From: Haliotis rufescens | Taxonomy: Eukaryota | Direction: 5' to 3' | Assembly: GCF_023055435.1 (NCBI RefSeq) | Contig: NW_025964376.1 | Span: 1,240,001 to 1,304,000 of the forward strand | Length of the DNA: 64,000 bases | Part shown: in pieces, positions 51,437 to 64,000 of the stretch | How positions within the stretch are numbered: the stretch's first letter is position 1 | How the letters are laid out: each line of letters opens with the position of its first letter | Notes under the pieces: generated by a model | Told to the model about the DNA's origin: nothing | Database searches by the model: none | What the model saw: only the letters and a program-made list of their open reading frames with translations | Program-made: the position numbers and the translations under genes

Positions 51437-51980
51437 GATCCGTCATTCTGTATCCCTTGTGATAGGAATCACAGTCAAGCATGTCCTGCTTGACTGTATC
51501 GATTGTTCTATCACAAGGGATATATATTTCAGTGCAACATCAATAATGGATCTTTTTGATAATTTTTCGTCTCATTTAATAATGAGCTTTTTAAAAGACA
51601 CTGAACTGTTAGATAAATTTTGAATGATAACTTGATGATAATCGCCAGCAGCTAAGGGATGTCGCAAATCCTGCTGGGGAACCGTGCAGGTAGCAAAGGT
51701 ATTGTAAGTCCCCATGGTTCCTAGTATGGTGGCCTACCTTTAGCTGCTGGCGATCCTAAGCCCCGTTTTAATGATGTACTGTTATCTATCGTGATAGCTT
51801 TTTATGGTTCCATACTGGTCTTGAAATATAAATCTGTGATGATCAAGTTATTTTACTGTCCTTTGACGACAGGTTTCATAATCAAATTGTATGTATTATT
51901 ACTGTCTAACTTGATTTAGTCACGATATGACTGAAATATTGCCGATGTGACTATAAATATTCACTCACTCACTCACTAAC
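51437..51980 (+). mobile_element. 5'-truncated I-group LINE
   Basis: ITVKHVLLDC..DKF*, 3' UTR, (CTCA)n tail, 13-bp TSD tattagtaaatat (51424-51436, 51981-51993). Confidence 0.93.
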
Positions 51981-52539
51981 TATTAGTAAATATATACTTA
52001 AAGTCTGACAAAGCATTGGTACTTACACTATCTATATCACTAAAAAAAGGTTAAGGAACACATGATTCTTTCATATCACTATAGTTTATATGTCGTGCCA
52101 CTATTTTGGGTGGTATATGTTGATTTTATAAAAATAGAGTTCTGTAATGTAGTTGTTCTAGACAATGGTATGGACAGGCTTTGCTAACATGTACTTCGGA
52201 ATTGAACTAGTGTGAATCAAGATTGCTATTTGTTAAACTGCCCCTCGTCCAGGGAATAACTATGCATACAATCTGAAACCATTCTCTTTAAATATTTCCA
52301 AAATGACTGAAATCAAAGTTGTTGGATGGGAATAAATTGCTGGCATAACTGTCTCATGGGCAATCAGTATGGATTGTAAACTTTAAGCACTGATTAAAGT
52401 TAAACATTAAGGAAGAGTGATGTGTGATTATGATTATAGCCGAAAGGCATATAATATAAGGTTACCGATCTAAAGTTCTCTCATAGAAACTTAGATATCA
52501 TATTTGATGTTAAAATAGCGAATTGCATCAGACATCATG

Positions 52540-53235
52540 TTTCTCACTGATGCGTCAACTTTGGAAATAACCACCGCGCGACTAACATACAATTTTTTGA
52601 AAGCTTTGCTGAGGATTTAAATGTTGTAACCTTGATCAAACAACTTTGAGCAAGAGTCTTTCTGACGCGCTTTAAATTTTTGTAGAAAGAGCATGCTCGA
52701 TTGTATCTGAAAAAATATGAATTATAGACGCCAAAGACTGGAGCTCCTTGAATATTGCTCGACATGATGGGAAAGTTGACATTTGGGAGTCATCCCTCTT
52801 GTCATACAGTCGTCTGGATATTTTTGTCCTCCTGAATCTTCATGCATAGATCTAAATATGAAAAAGATAAGGCGGTTTTATTGGTCTCTTGTATTTCTGG
52901 TTCAAGGGAAGTCATTTTTGCCGTACCTATATATTTCTTGGTCAAAATGCCTTGTTTTGATTGTGCCAATCTGAGTAGAAATTCCGATCATATGCATAAA
53001 GAAACAGGTCAGGAAGAAGATGAGCACCATTGGTACCCATTGGTATGTCTACCTAAATAACCTAAATGTCTTATAAATTTTTTTTTACATAATTGTTATA
53101 AATGAGGAAGGTCAACTTTTCAGATGACATTTGCTTTCATTTTTGACAAATTGTCCTGAACCTTTGAAGATAGAGATGTAACTATGCATATGTTCACACA
53201 TGAATGAGTATATAAATGATCAAGTCACTTATTAA
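52540..53235 (-). pseudogene. Penelope-like RT fragment
   Basis: IPMGTN, SYLDL, LYDKRDD, NFPIMSSNIQGAPVFGVY..RYNRACS. Confidence 0.78.
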
Positions 53236-56200
53236 GAATAATATTATCGACTCCTGTCTTTGACACATGTTCGATTCCCGTAGGAGCTGTTATGGTATCG
53301 CAAATACATTATATAGATTGAGAAAGTAAGAATTTAGTAAATCATGAGTATGCTTCCCAGCGATACTTATGTGACGAGATAAGGCAAACTTCGTGCCCAA
53401 AGAAGGATGCAAGCCATTCGTCAATGAAATAGAGTTTGTACTGAAAATGCAAATCCAAAAAGTCAACACCAAAGAACAACCAGCCTCGATCATCTACCGA
53501 AACAACCCTCATCGGACGCAAAAGGCAAAACAGCGCTGAAAAGCACATGAATGGATCACCGAAAATCAGTAATGACATCAGGTGTTCGCGAAAAGGGCAA
53601 GTATGTCCTCTCCTACCGTAGTTCCCGCCACCAACACAACAAGCAAGTGCCTACCCGTCGCCCGCCGCCGCACAGCAACACCCCCGCCACCAGACAATCC
53701 AGAAGCAGTTTCAAACAACATCTATTCGCATATTGCATATTTGTTAAGTAAAATCTATGAGTGAGGTAAATGTATATACCGTCAATAGTACTGCCTTCAA
53801 ACCTTCATCTGACCCGTCTTGACGGTGCGATTATCGGTACGATTTATGGGTACAATGTGTGAACCCATTGTGTGAAACCAATGTGTGGTGTCTCTCGTGA
53901 TGATATGAGCGGACAGTTGCTACACGCGGCGGAAAACTTCTATAAAGTGACGAATCTGTTGTCATACTGAAGTAGAAACATTGCCATCCAGTGGTGGAAC
54001 TCACCAGTTGTCAAAATTACATGCAGCCGTATATATCAGACAGTTTGCTGTCGAATACTGCTGATGTTTTCATGTAAAAAGTGAGATCAAGGGTTTTGTT
54101 TTGAGCCAACGGCACATTAAGAACAGTATTTAGTTATAGTTGATTTTGTAGTTTCTTGTTGATTTAGAAGTTTGTCTTTTCATCCCATTGTAGAACGTGA
54201 TCAAAGGATAGATGAGGTTATACACACGATATTTCAAAGGAGGTTCAATACTGCTTGTAATACAGATGCTTGTACACACAGCCATCAGTGGCACAACAAG
54301 GAACAAGGCGATGCTAACTTAGTGAAACATATTTCATATAAAGGAGAGGCTGCTTAAAAATATAAACACGCGGTGAAAATATGATACTTACTTAATGACT
54401 GAATATAATACGGCAATGTCAAGTGTGTGTCTAAACATGCATTGTCAGCACACGCAATGACATGCAAAACGTCATGTCAGCGTGTAACATGACAAGATAT
54501 GATTGTGTGGCATGACCTGATCATGACGTGTGTTACACTGTGCTATTGTATGTTTGCGTTGTGATGAAGTCCATTGTGATGAAATGATATGACAAACAGG
54601 GTTGTAAGGGACAGACCATGGAGTTGGTTGTGGCTATCGATAAGACTGTGAACATAGTTCATTCAACAAAATGCTAATTGCTAATTTCACAAAAGAGATA
54701 ATTGTTCAGCGGACATACTGTATGTCTTCTAAATTATAATATGCAAAAAAGTAGGTGGTATTTTGTTTTGAGGTTAAAAGATCTCTCAACTTAATATATA
54801 GGCTCCAATCTTTCACTTTTATCGCAATTATGGAACGAAAGATGATATGCATGTTGTATTAAATAGCAAATTATGTTACGAATCTCCTTCAACTAGCATT
54901 TAATCATTCTTGTAAATCTAATCACAAAACAAGAGTATCAAACCCGTTCATTGTAAACATGTAATACTGCACGACTTAACGTTGTATAAATGTTGATAAA
55001 ACTTGCGATGGAGCAATAGATAGCCCTATCGCATGACACCCACGACACTTGCTAGAAATAACAAATGAATCATATAGTTTTTGCTTAGCGTGGACTTGTA
55101 CACCAGTATAGAGGTGACTTATAATTACATCTAATGCTCCAGAACATCCAGACAAAGTACGAGTACATGTTCAAATGGTTCTTTGATAGCAAAATATAAT
55201 ATTACTACATAAATATCCACTTCTATAACATGCTGGGGCGAGTTATGACTGTGAAGCAACGTCTGAAGATCAAAGGGGTTTCCGATAGTAACTCTATTTC
55301 AGATGTTGTTATAAATATACTGACAAAAATCCATTATCAAAGAGCTTAGACAGATCTGTCGTGGAGGTGCAAGGGCCGCCTGGCGGCAGATTGAAGAACC
55401 TGCTATATATATCAACAGTGTTATGATATAACCTCATCCATATCCATCAATAACTCCTTTAACATTGTGTTCTGTCATGATGAGACGGGTGTGGAATTTT
55501 GCACAGGCAACAGATAGAGTGTTTAACATCTGACAAGTGCAGTTTTCAGTGACTTCAAATGTTAGTTTTGACAGTGTTAACATTGAAGGGTTTGATCGTG
55601 AACCGAGCACGGGGAACACAACCAGTAATTGAGTACGTATCCCCGGCCTCAAGTTTTCGAAGAGACACATTTAGCCATGTCACATATTGTAAAGTTCAAA
55701 CACTATAAGTTGTACTCTACTGCCCCGTAATGATATTCTACTGATAATGTTGAATATGTTCGTGTTTTCACCATAATACAATTTCCATTTGCCACTCGCA
55801 GTCACGTGGTTGGAGTAGTTGATCACACATACCAGAACGTATACTGCTCGTCCTTGATTGAGCAAATCGTATTGATTTGATAGAAAGCTTAGTGTACTAC
55901 ATGTGTGTACAAAATAAGGTTTATTAGTTTCGAATGACTACTGCAAAGGCATGTAAAGAATGACATTGAAACATACCTATCGCAGTAATCTTTCATGCAT
56001 AAAGTGATCATTAATAGAATCTACATTTCCAAAATATATACTCTATACATGACATATAAATATTATGATCCATCGTCAGAAGAAAAATCAGCTTTGAAAC
56101 ACGACTGACAGATCTAGATGATCTGAGATTTAACACACACGAAATATTTCACGTCGACCATGCAATTCCTTCGTGCACGTGGGTTAGGGAGCATTCTTGA

Positions 56201-56469
56201 TTTTGACACTTCAGTGAAAGATCGAGAAACCGCTCTGAATGATTAGGATTGCTAAGTTTCATTTGCTATCACGTAAGCTCTCTACTCCTGCTTAATGCAG
56301 TATTTGTGATCAGATTGGGAATGCTTCAAACTGGAAGAACTATTGGAGAGAGGTCGCCACTATGTTTAATGTGTCTAAGTCTTTGGAACAGGTTTCTTCA
56401 GACACAAAATGCTAATCATCCGCGCTTGATCAACAACAAGTCCAGGGACGAATAATCAGAAACTAGGCT

Positions 56470-57050
56470 TTAAGAAATCGTTCTCAAACAGCCAACCAAA
56501 TCGACGTTCAACCAGGCGCACTCAAGCCAGACGCCAATTGTCTTTGGGGCGTACAAACTGCGGGAATCGCCAATGGTCATATAAATGCAGGTTCACTCTG
56601 GATGGATGTATAGGTCTGGAGACGACCTCACGACAGTCATGCGAACGTTAACCTAAGGCTACATGATTTGGTGTGGTGTGATTACTATATCTGCCTGAAC
56701 GTCACTGCATACCGGCCATGGAAGGGTCGCTGGACAGTACTGCCGAAACAACATTCTGACCCTAATAGTTGTGCCGTGTGCGCGCCATGCTTTAATAAAT
56801 CGAGCCCAAACAGCCAATAAAATCGATGTTTACGTGTGCGAAGTCACGAGAGTTCAAGTCACGGACCAGGCGATTAGAAATCGCCAAGCGAACATCAAAG
56901 TTAGGCAATATGACAACTTGGGTCTGTAATGATATTGGGCGGACTACCAGAAAGTCACTGCATATAGTCCAATGGGTGAGTTCGTTGCTGGACAGTTCTA
57001 GCGAGACAACAGTTGTGACAAATTGCTTGACCGTGACCGATCGCTAGGCA
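56470..57050 (+). mobile_element. Very degenerate Tc1-like remnant
   Basis: GRPH.V, HRPW-like, QQHSD, SPN- and IEHV-like traces only. Confidence 0.35.
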
Positions 57051-60000
57051 TTATTGATCAAGTCATCTGAAACGTATATGTTTTGACTTCACACCCCTGC
57101 CGTCGTTCTTGGTTGTTATTATATCCAAACAATGAACTTACTTAGTCAGTACTCAAAGAATCCTTCTTCATGGTGATATTTTTAAAAAGACAGTCGCTTA
57201 TGGTTCATGGGTATCTTAGACATCTTATCTCAGAAAATCATCAAGTTAGCTTATTTCGGCAATTATTATTTCCATTATGGTAGGGCTCATGTGGTAGCAA
57301 ATTCATTTCTTATCCTAGCCGTCATTGAACCAGTCTTTTTTACACAAAATTGCCAAGCCTCAGATTACTTTTTGCAAAACGTTGCAGGAAAGAGTGAAGG
57401 TTTATAATACAATAAATACATAAATAAATACATAAATACAGGATACAATCTAACAAAACTTCTTTCAAATTTCAATTACATAAAACTAACCTCGGTATAC
57501 TTTCTTTTGCCCAAAAGTTTCGATATGCATGTTTGTGTTCAAAACATGAAATGGAAATACACAACACCCCCAATAGCTTAAGACCACATCATGATGATTT
57601 TACAATCTCAGGGGAAACAATCAAATCTGAACAAGGACAGTAGAGACAGAGGCATGACTTGTGTAAACACTGACTTAACTGGAGGCCATAACAGCTACCG
57701 AAGACAAGAAATTGTCATTACACGACAGATTGCTTCATATCTCATTAACAGTATCAGATGACAATAGGGATTTGAAAAACTGCGTAAAATACTAAGTACG
57801 GAAAATGGCGTCATTGGGAAGGATGCTCCTAAAGGGCGATAGTCAGCGTCAGTATAAGTGACACGTTGTAATGTCACTCACAGTGTCCACAGAGGAGACC
57901 ACAGAAAGTATTGCACAGCTCAAAAACAGGAGTGATGACACAAAGTTAAAATACTGACTACAACGACCTAACTGACACCAATTAGTGTAAACATGGTGTC
58001 ACGTGGTACCAATCACTGGCTTGAATTCATCACCATGAAACCTTGTACTGTCATTTTTCATTTGTAATGTATTTGTAACTGATCGTGAAAACAATACTTT
58101 TCAGCCAAAGTAATGAAAATATTTTTGGAAGTCAACTTATTTTTCACTCCCATATTATATAGGTAACCCATCAATTGCAAACTCTTATGGCTGAAACTTC
58201 CATCTTCAAGACAATATGCCTGAACTTGAGTTGTGATGAGATCGGTGTTTTTTCTTCAGAAAAGTAAAACTGTTCAGATTTTTTCAGATTCTTGTCATAT
58301 ATCCTCTATTACTTTCAAAGCTGCAGTCGTATGATGTGCTAAAAAAATGTTGCTGTCATTTTTTATCAATTTTGGAAGATCTGCGTTTGACACATGTTTT
58401 GTTTCTTTGTTTGTTATGTAACGCAACACTCAGCAATATTCCAGCTGCATGGCGGCGGTCTGTAAATTTGGATACGATGACATGCATCAACCAAGTCAGT
58501 GAGCCTGAGTTGTTAAAGACCAATTCTAACACTCACCTTTGGTAACAAATAGGATGTAACAAATGCAAAATATTCTCAGAACATAAACAACATTTATGAA
58601 TATTGACAAATTTTATTTTTGGAAAATAATTAGAATGCTTTACATGTTTACATTATGTGATGGCTGACGATCTCGATGTGTTTGAAGTTTTCCACTGACC
58701 GAGATTAAAATCATGTCGTTACAGTACTCCATATAGATTTATTCCTGCAGACAATATTGTAAATACATATGTAAAAATTCAGAGTTGAGCAAACCGTATT
58801 ATATTCATCATGAAAACACAGTCTCAATGAATAAATGGAAATGAATGTTTCCGTTAAAACATTTTGAAGTTTATTACAAGTATCTCATTGAATACGTTCA
58901 AAGGAAATCGAAAACGTTTAAAGGGAAATCGGATTAGTATGATAGTAAAAGCCAACAGGTTAGAAAATGTACATTGCTATTGTCACATGGGGAGTTACCT
59001 GTGATGATACTGTGGTGCCGAATTCATCAACGTCTTGTTTGATACATGTTGATAAATGGTGATACGCTGATCGCATAACCTCGGTTATCGGGAGGACACA
59101 CATAACATTGCATTCTGTGTAGACGAGCTCAAAGTGTCAATACTCAGGATGAAATACATATATCGTTTCGTGGACCATATGGCTCTGTTTCAGATCATGT
59201 GTTCAATCACTCTTTTTAATGGTAGTATGTTTCATTTAAAAGAAGAAAATATGAATAATATATGCACGTTTTTGCAAAGTGTTCAGTAATGATTCTACAG
59301 ACATACATACGTACGAGAATCGTGTAAAAACACGATTAATTAGGTTTTCAGCTTAAAAAACGGAACTTGAATTTATTTAAGATCAAGTTGCCTAGAAAAT
59401 ACGTGACAGGTGTTTCTCTAAAACGTATATATAGATGACTAACAACTTTTTTAAGCGAGGTTTTGTTAGTTTTCTTTTCACGTAATGACACCGATCAATT
59501 GTTTTGTCAAGAGTCATTGCGTTAAACAAATGTTTCACATCATTATTGCCGACTTTCACTAGTCCTTCCCTACAGCTACAGTGCTTCCTCCGCTAGATGA
59601 TAGCACATCAGAACACGTGGAAATAAATAGTAATTATAAGCTTTGAAAACACATCATTGAAAATAGTTCATGTTTCTTGTTTCTTCTTCATGCCCAGTAA
59701 CGACTTTTCTTAATGCATTTAAGTAAAACAGTTAATGTTGACAAATCAAGTTTACCTTTCCTTGGAATTTATGTCGTTTTGGATATCCCTCGCCGCCACC
59801 CAAATTTTCTTTTGTTCAGAAAGTGTGTTTGTGCGTCTTTCAGAATCTTTTCAATATAGTTTCGAAAAGACGTTAAGACTGACAGAATACTTCCATATTT
59901 CGGGAACGCACTTGGGAACTACCAAGGTGACAAAACCGATGGACTCATAAGTATATTGAAAGGCTTGGACTATTCAGCAATGATGACCAACTCTTAATTC

Positions 60001-60129
60001 ATTGATCGAAGATCGTGTAAGCAATTTTGGCATCATGTAATTGAGAGTCGACGTACTACGAGTTGCATTCACTGTGACTGACTTATGGGGGTGCCTCGAA
60101 CAAGAACTATTCATCTAATGAAGATATCT

Positions 60130-60342
60130 AGTGAGTGACTGAGCTGGTTTTAACCCCGCTTTAAACTGTATTCCGGTTGAGGTTTACCATTTTTTAAACC
60201 CACGGGTATGGTGCTGACAAACCTAGAAAGATAATAAGAGACCCGGGATTCAGACTACAATCAAAAGTTTCTGGCGTGCCCAAGGGATGCAATACTGTAC
60301 AGCCAATTGCGGTGCATTAGAAGACTGGGCCCACCATGCCCT
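60130..60342 (-). mobile_element. SINE family A, degenerate
   Basis: ggtatggtgctgacaaacctagaaa and tttctggcgtgccc shared with 20447-20727. Confidence 0.8.
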
Positions 60343-61039
60343 ATATATAACGAAGGGGTTATACATGAATTTCACTTTGTGTGACATCGTTGTCGTATGA
60401 ACCTTCATATTCTGTACTGGGTTAAACTGTATGAACATGGGAGAATGCAAATGTCGAATTTTGAATATATTCGCTTTAGCATATGTACCGTAATTGTACA
60501 CCGCAATTATCATAAAATAAATTCTAATATACTAATGAACCATAAACTTCCATTAAACCTACTGTATGCTGATGGGTTTCGCCGAATATGTTGTCGTATT
60601 GTTAATATCCCACGTTAGGAATAACACATATGCTTACACTCACAATGACCCGACTAAAATAATTTGTATTCCAGATATAGAATATTTATGATGCGGAAAT
60701 AAACTCGTCTGTATCATGTCATGATTATTTTTTTAGAAAAGGTTTCTGAAGTATTTCACTCACTGCAGAAACCGAGTATGTCGGAAGTTACAACTGTCAC
60801 CAGCAGTTTGCCTGGCCCTGTGTGGTTACAGGCTGCCTTGACATACATGAAGGTGGAATGTTACCAACGGCGTCAAACGCAACACGCCATATGGGTAATA
60901 TGTTATGTTCCGAAGCCAAAGTGACATAAACACAGATGCTGAGAGAATTGAGGACATCACAGTTTACCTGGGTGTTCACTTAAAGACTTCGTGAGGTTAC
61001 ATCATGAACGTGTATATGCTTCTTTTGGACATGGCGTTA

Positions 61040-63900
61040 TAAAATGAATGGATTAAGTATCATCATAATGTCTGGATTGCATACATCATTTTGTTAGCAA
61101 TTTATTGACGGTCCTGGGGCTGTGACGTCTGAATTTTTCATGTATGTGAAGGTTCACCACTCCTGTATATGGAGGCAAGGGTAAACATTGGGGGATGGGT
61201 GTATGGGTGTGTTTGTTCATAAGTCTGTATTTAATGCTTGATAAAACGAGTCTTTTTCAGCTTATAATCAGATATGATTCGGAGGGGGGGGGGGGGGGGG
61301 GGGTTGTACTTTTCCCCAGAGAAGACAGTGTATTACCATGACCAGGACAAGCACAGCCTCGACATGCTAGTTGATGCTCTGTGTGAGATCAGCTGTAAAT
61401 ATGATGGTCAGGTGATACTTGGGATTTTAACAGTGGAACTGGAGAGGAAGATGACTTTATTACTGATGACAGTGCACATTATCTCCCAGTTGAATACATT
61501 GACTGCTATGACAGTGATGACTTTTCTACTACGCGCTCAAATAAAGACAAGTAAGTCAACAATTTTGGAAGACGATTGCTTCACATCTGCAAAACATTTC
61601 AGTTCACATCGTAAATGGCAGATACCCAGCAGAAAAAGATGGGGAGTATACATGTGTAGCAAATGGAGGTGACAGCGTTGTGGGTTATTTCATGGCCAGT
61701 TTATCATTATAACACATAAAACACTTTAGGTATCATATATTGATACCTCGGATCATTGTCCTCTCATGTGTGAACTTTTCATAAATGTGAACATGATACA
61801 AGTGTTGTTGATTATTGGATTATCATAAGTACGTCTGGGATAATATTCATGCAAGAAATCTCATCTCGTTGTTACAGGATGAAACGTCAAAATCCTTGCT
61901 CAAAGACATTAACAGTCAGATATATGTTTATATTGAGAAATCCGTCGCTTCCATATGCCAGTTGTATATGAGAGCAGCTTCCCAAATGAGCCGACGACAT
62001 GGATCACGTGAACTCCAGCGCTCGACACAGTCGGCCTGGTGGGATATGGACTGTGAGTTTGCAAAGAGTGAGAAGTACTCCATGTTTGACACATTTAGAT
62101 GTACAAGCGACGAAAACAACCTTAAACGTTATAAACGACAAAGAGGATATTTCAAATCTTTATGCAGTCGAAAGAAAAGTGACTTCCAAGTTACAACAAT
62201 TGGAAAGTTTCATGCCATTAAAAGTGATAGTGATAAACTTTGGAAGGAAATCAGGAAAATACGTCACTTAAACGTTACAAGCAATATCAATTTTAAGGAA
62301 TGGTTTAACGACTGAGAACAACTTTTAACCTCGTCTCTGTCCAACTCTTTTATGGAAGATATTCTACATCCCGACTGTGATGTTGGACAACCTGAACAAC
62401 TAAACTTACCGATCACAGCACAAAAAGGGACACAAGCAATTCGGAATCTAAACCAAAATAAAACTCTTGGATGTGATGACTTTCCAGCAGAACTATTTAA
62501 AATTCCCTCGATAGTATTGTTCCTATATGCGCAAAACTGTTCAACGAGATAATGAGGTCGGGTGTGTACCCTGAAACATGGAGCAGAGCGATTATATATC
62601 CGCTTCACAAGAAAGGTGCTGAAGGTCAAGTTAACAGCTATAGAGGAATCTCTCTACTTTCGGCTATAGGGAAAATATTCACCAAAATCTAAAATAAAAG
62701 ACTTTTAATATGGTCAAACGAAAGCAACATCAGTTCAGATAATATGTTTACGTTATATGGAATGGTGAGGAAATATTTATCAAAATCGAAAGGAGCAAGA
62801 TAATATTGCCTTTTGTAAAGCTTTCGACTGCGTAAATCACTCCTTCCGGTGGCATCTTTTTTCTGAAGTATGGCATTTATGGGAATTTTCTGACAGTGCT
62901 TCGTCATATGTACTCTAAACTTAAACATGTATATGGACTGAAAATGGTCTTACGGAGTATTTCAACTGTTGTGTCGGAACACGTCAAGGATGCATGATAA
63001 GCCCTACATTATTCACACTATTTATTCATGAAATTGTCACCGAACAAAATCAAACAAATTGCAGAGGAATTTCCATTTCAGAAGATGAGCCAAATGATTG
63101 TTCGTTACTATCGCCGATGACGTTCAGGTGACAGTGCAGGGAGATTATATATATACAGGAGCAGATTAACTGTATCAGTGATTTTTGTATGAGATGGGGT
63201 ATGGCTTTAAATGTAAAAAAAATCATAATTTTCAGCAATGGAGGACCACTACGGCACAACGAAAAATGGCATCACAGAGGAAATCAATTAGAAACAGTCA
63301 CTTCTCACAATTGCAAGTACCTGGATTTATTCTTCACGCCAAAACTAACCTGGACAAGAGCAGCAACTTACTTCAGCACGACAAGCAGAAAAAAGCATGC
63401 ATTAAATCTAAACTCCAAGCCTATTCAACTTTCATATAAACTCTTGAACCGGGTCTCTACTTAAATAAAGTACATTGACTGTAAACCTCAAATGATATAT
63501 TTAACTCGTTTCCGTTGTGATTGCCATAAGCTCAGAATATTCCAGCACTCAGCAATATTCCAGCTATATGACGGCGGTCTGTAAATAATCGAGTCTGGAC
63601 CAGACAATCCAGTGATTGATATCATGAACATCGATCCTCGCAACATAAGCTCAGAATCGAGAGAGGAACACACAAAGGTGAAGTCAAAGAAGAATGTTTA
63701 TGCAAATACAGTGTAAAATTTGGATTGGACTATGTCGAAAATGAATATCATTTCTTGTTCGTGTGCCAACAATATTCAGAATTACAAACTCGGTATCTTG
63801 ATGCGCATCATTTCACTAATCCATCGTTAAGCAATTGTGTGTGTTTATATATGAAACTTAGTATGTCGCCCCACTTGTAATGTTTATTAAGCTAATTGTA
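61040..63900 (+). mobile_element. Degenerate RTEX/CR1-like LINE (APE, RT, C-terminal Cys/His)
   Basis: DFNS.TG, SDHCPL, YRGISLLSAIGKIFTKI, GTRQGCMISPTLF, RFRCDCHKLRIERG, ENEYHFLFVC. Confidence 0.85.
63539..63643 (-). mobile_element. 5'-truncated family C element inside the LINE
   Basis: 14-bp TSD cataagctcagaat (63525-63538, 63644-63657). Confidence 0.88.
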
Positions 63901-64000
63901 TATATTCATTGATGACTTTGCACTCCTATAGTCCTGTAGTCTCATGTTAAGAAAATCTGTATCACTCAGAAACAATCTCGTTTTTGTTTATTTAAACGAA

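Noticed and set aside
41000-60000. Numerous 60-110 aa ORFs
   Set aside because: No recognisable domains; lengths expected by chance in AT-rich DNA. Small spliced exons cannot be excluded.

Overview
AT-rich, repeat-dense eukaryotic DNA; the repeat families and receptor type suggest an invertebrate, probably a mollusc (inference). The only credible intact host gene is a class A peptide-type GPCR with an uninterrupted CDS (37636-38715). It lies in one arm of an old inverted duplication (about 2770-10180 vs 27810-39600) whose other arm holds a gutted pseudogene of the same receptor. Each arm has amplified a different 1-2 copy seed into a kb-scale minisatellite. The rest is a transposon stack: a DIRS/Ngaro-type element, two head-to-head RNase H-containing I-group LINEs plus three 3' remnants, two DD34E Tc1 elements, two RTEX/CR1-like LINEs, Penelope-like remnants and several SINE families sharing the LINE tail. 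The most notable signals are RNA structures: (1) a 55-nt, essentially P4-less HDV-like ribozyme at the exact 5' end of both I-group LINEs; (2) a covarying structured RNA in the LINE 3' UTR (5 copies); (3) a minimal Penelope-type hammerhead ribozyme. All alignments and folds were done by eye; boundaries without a TSD or TIR are approximate.
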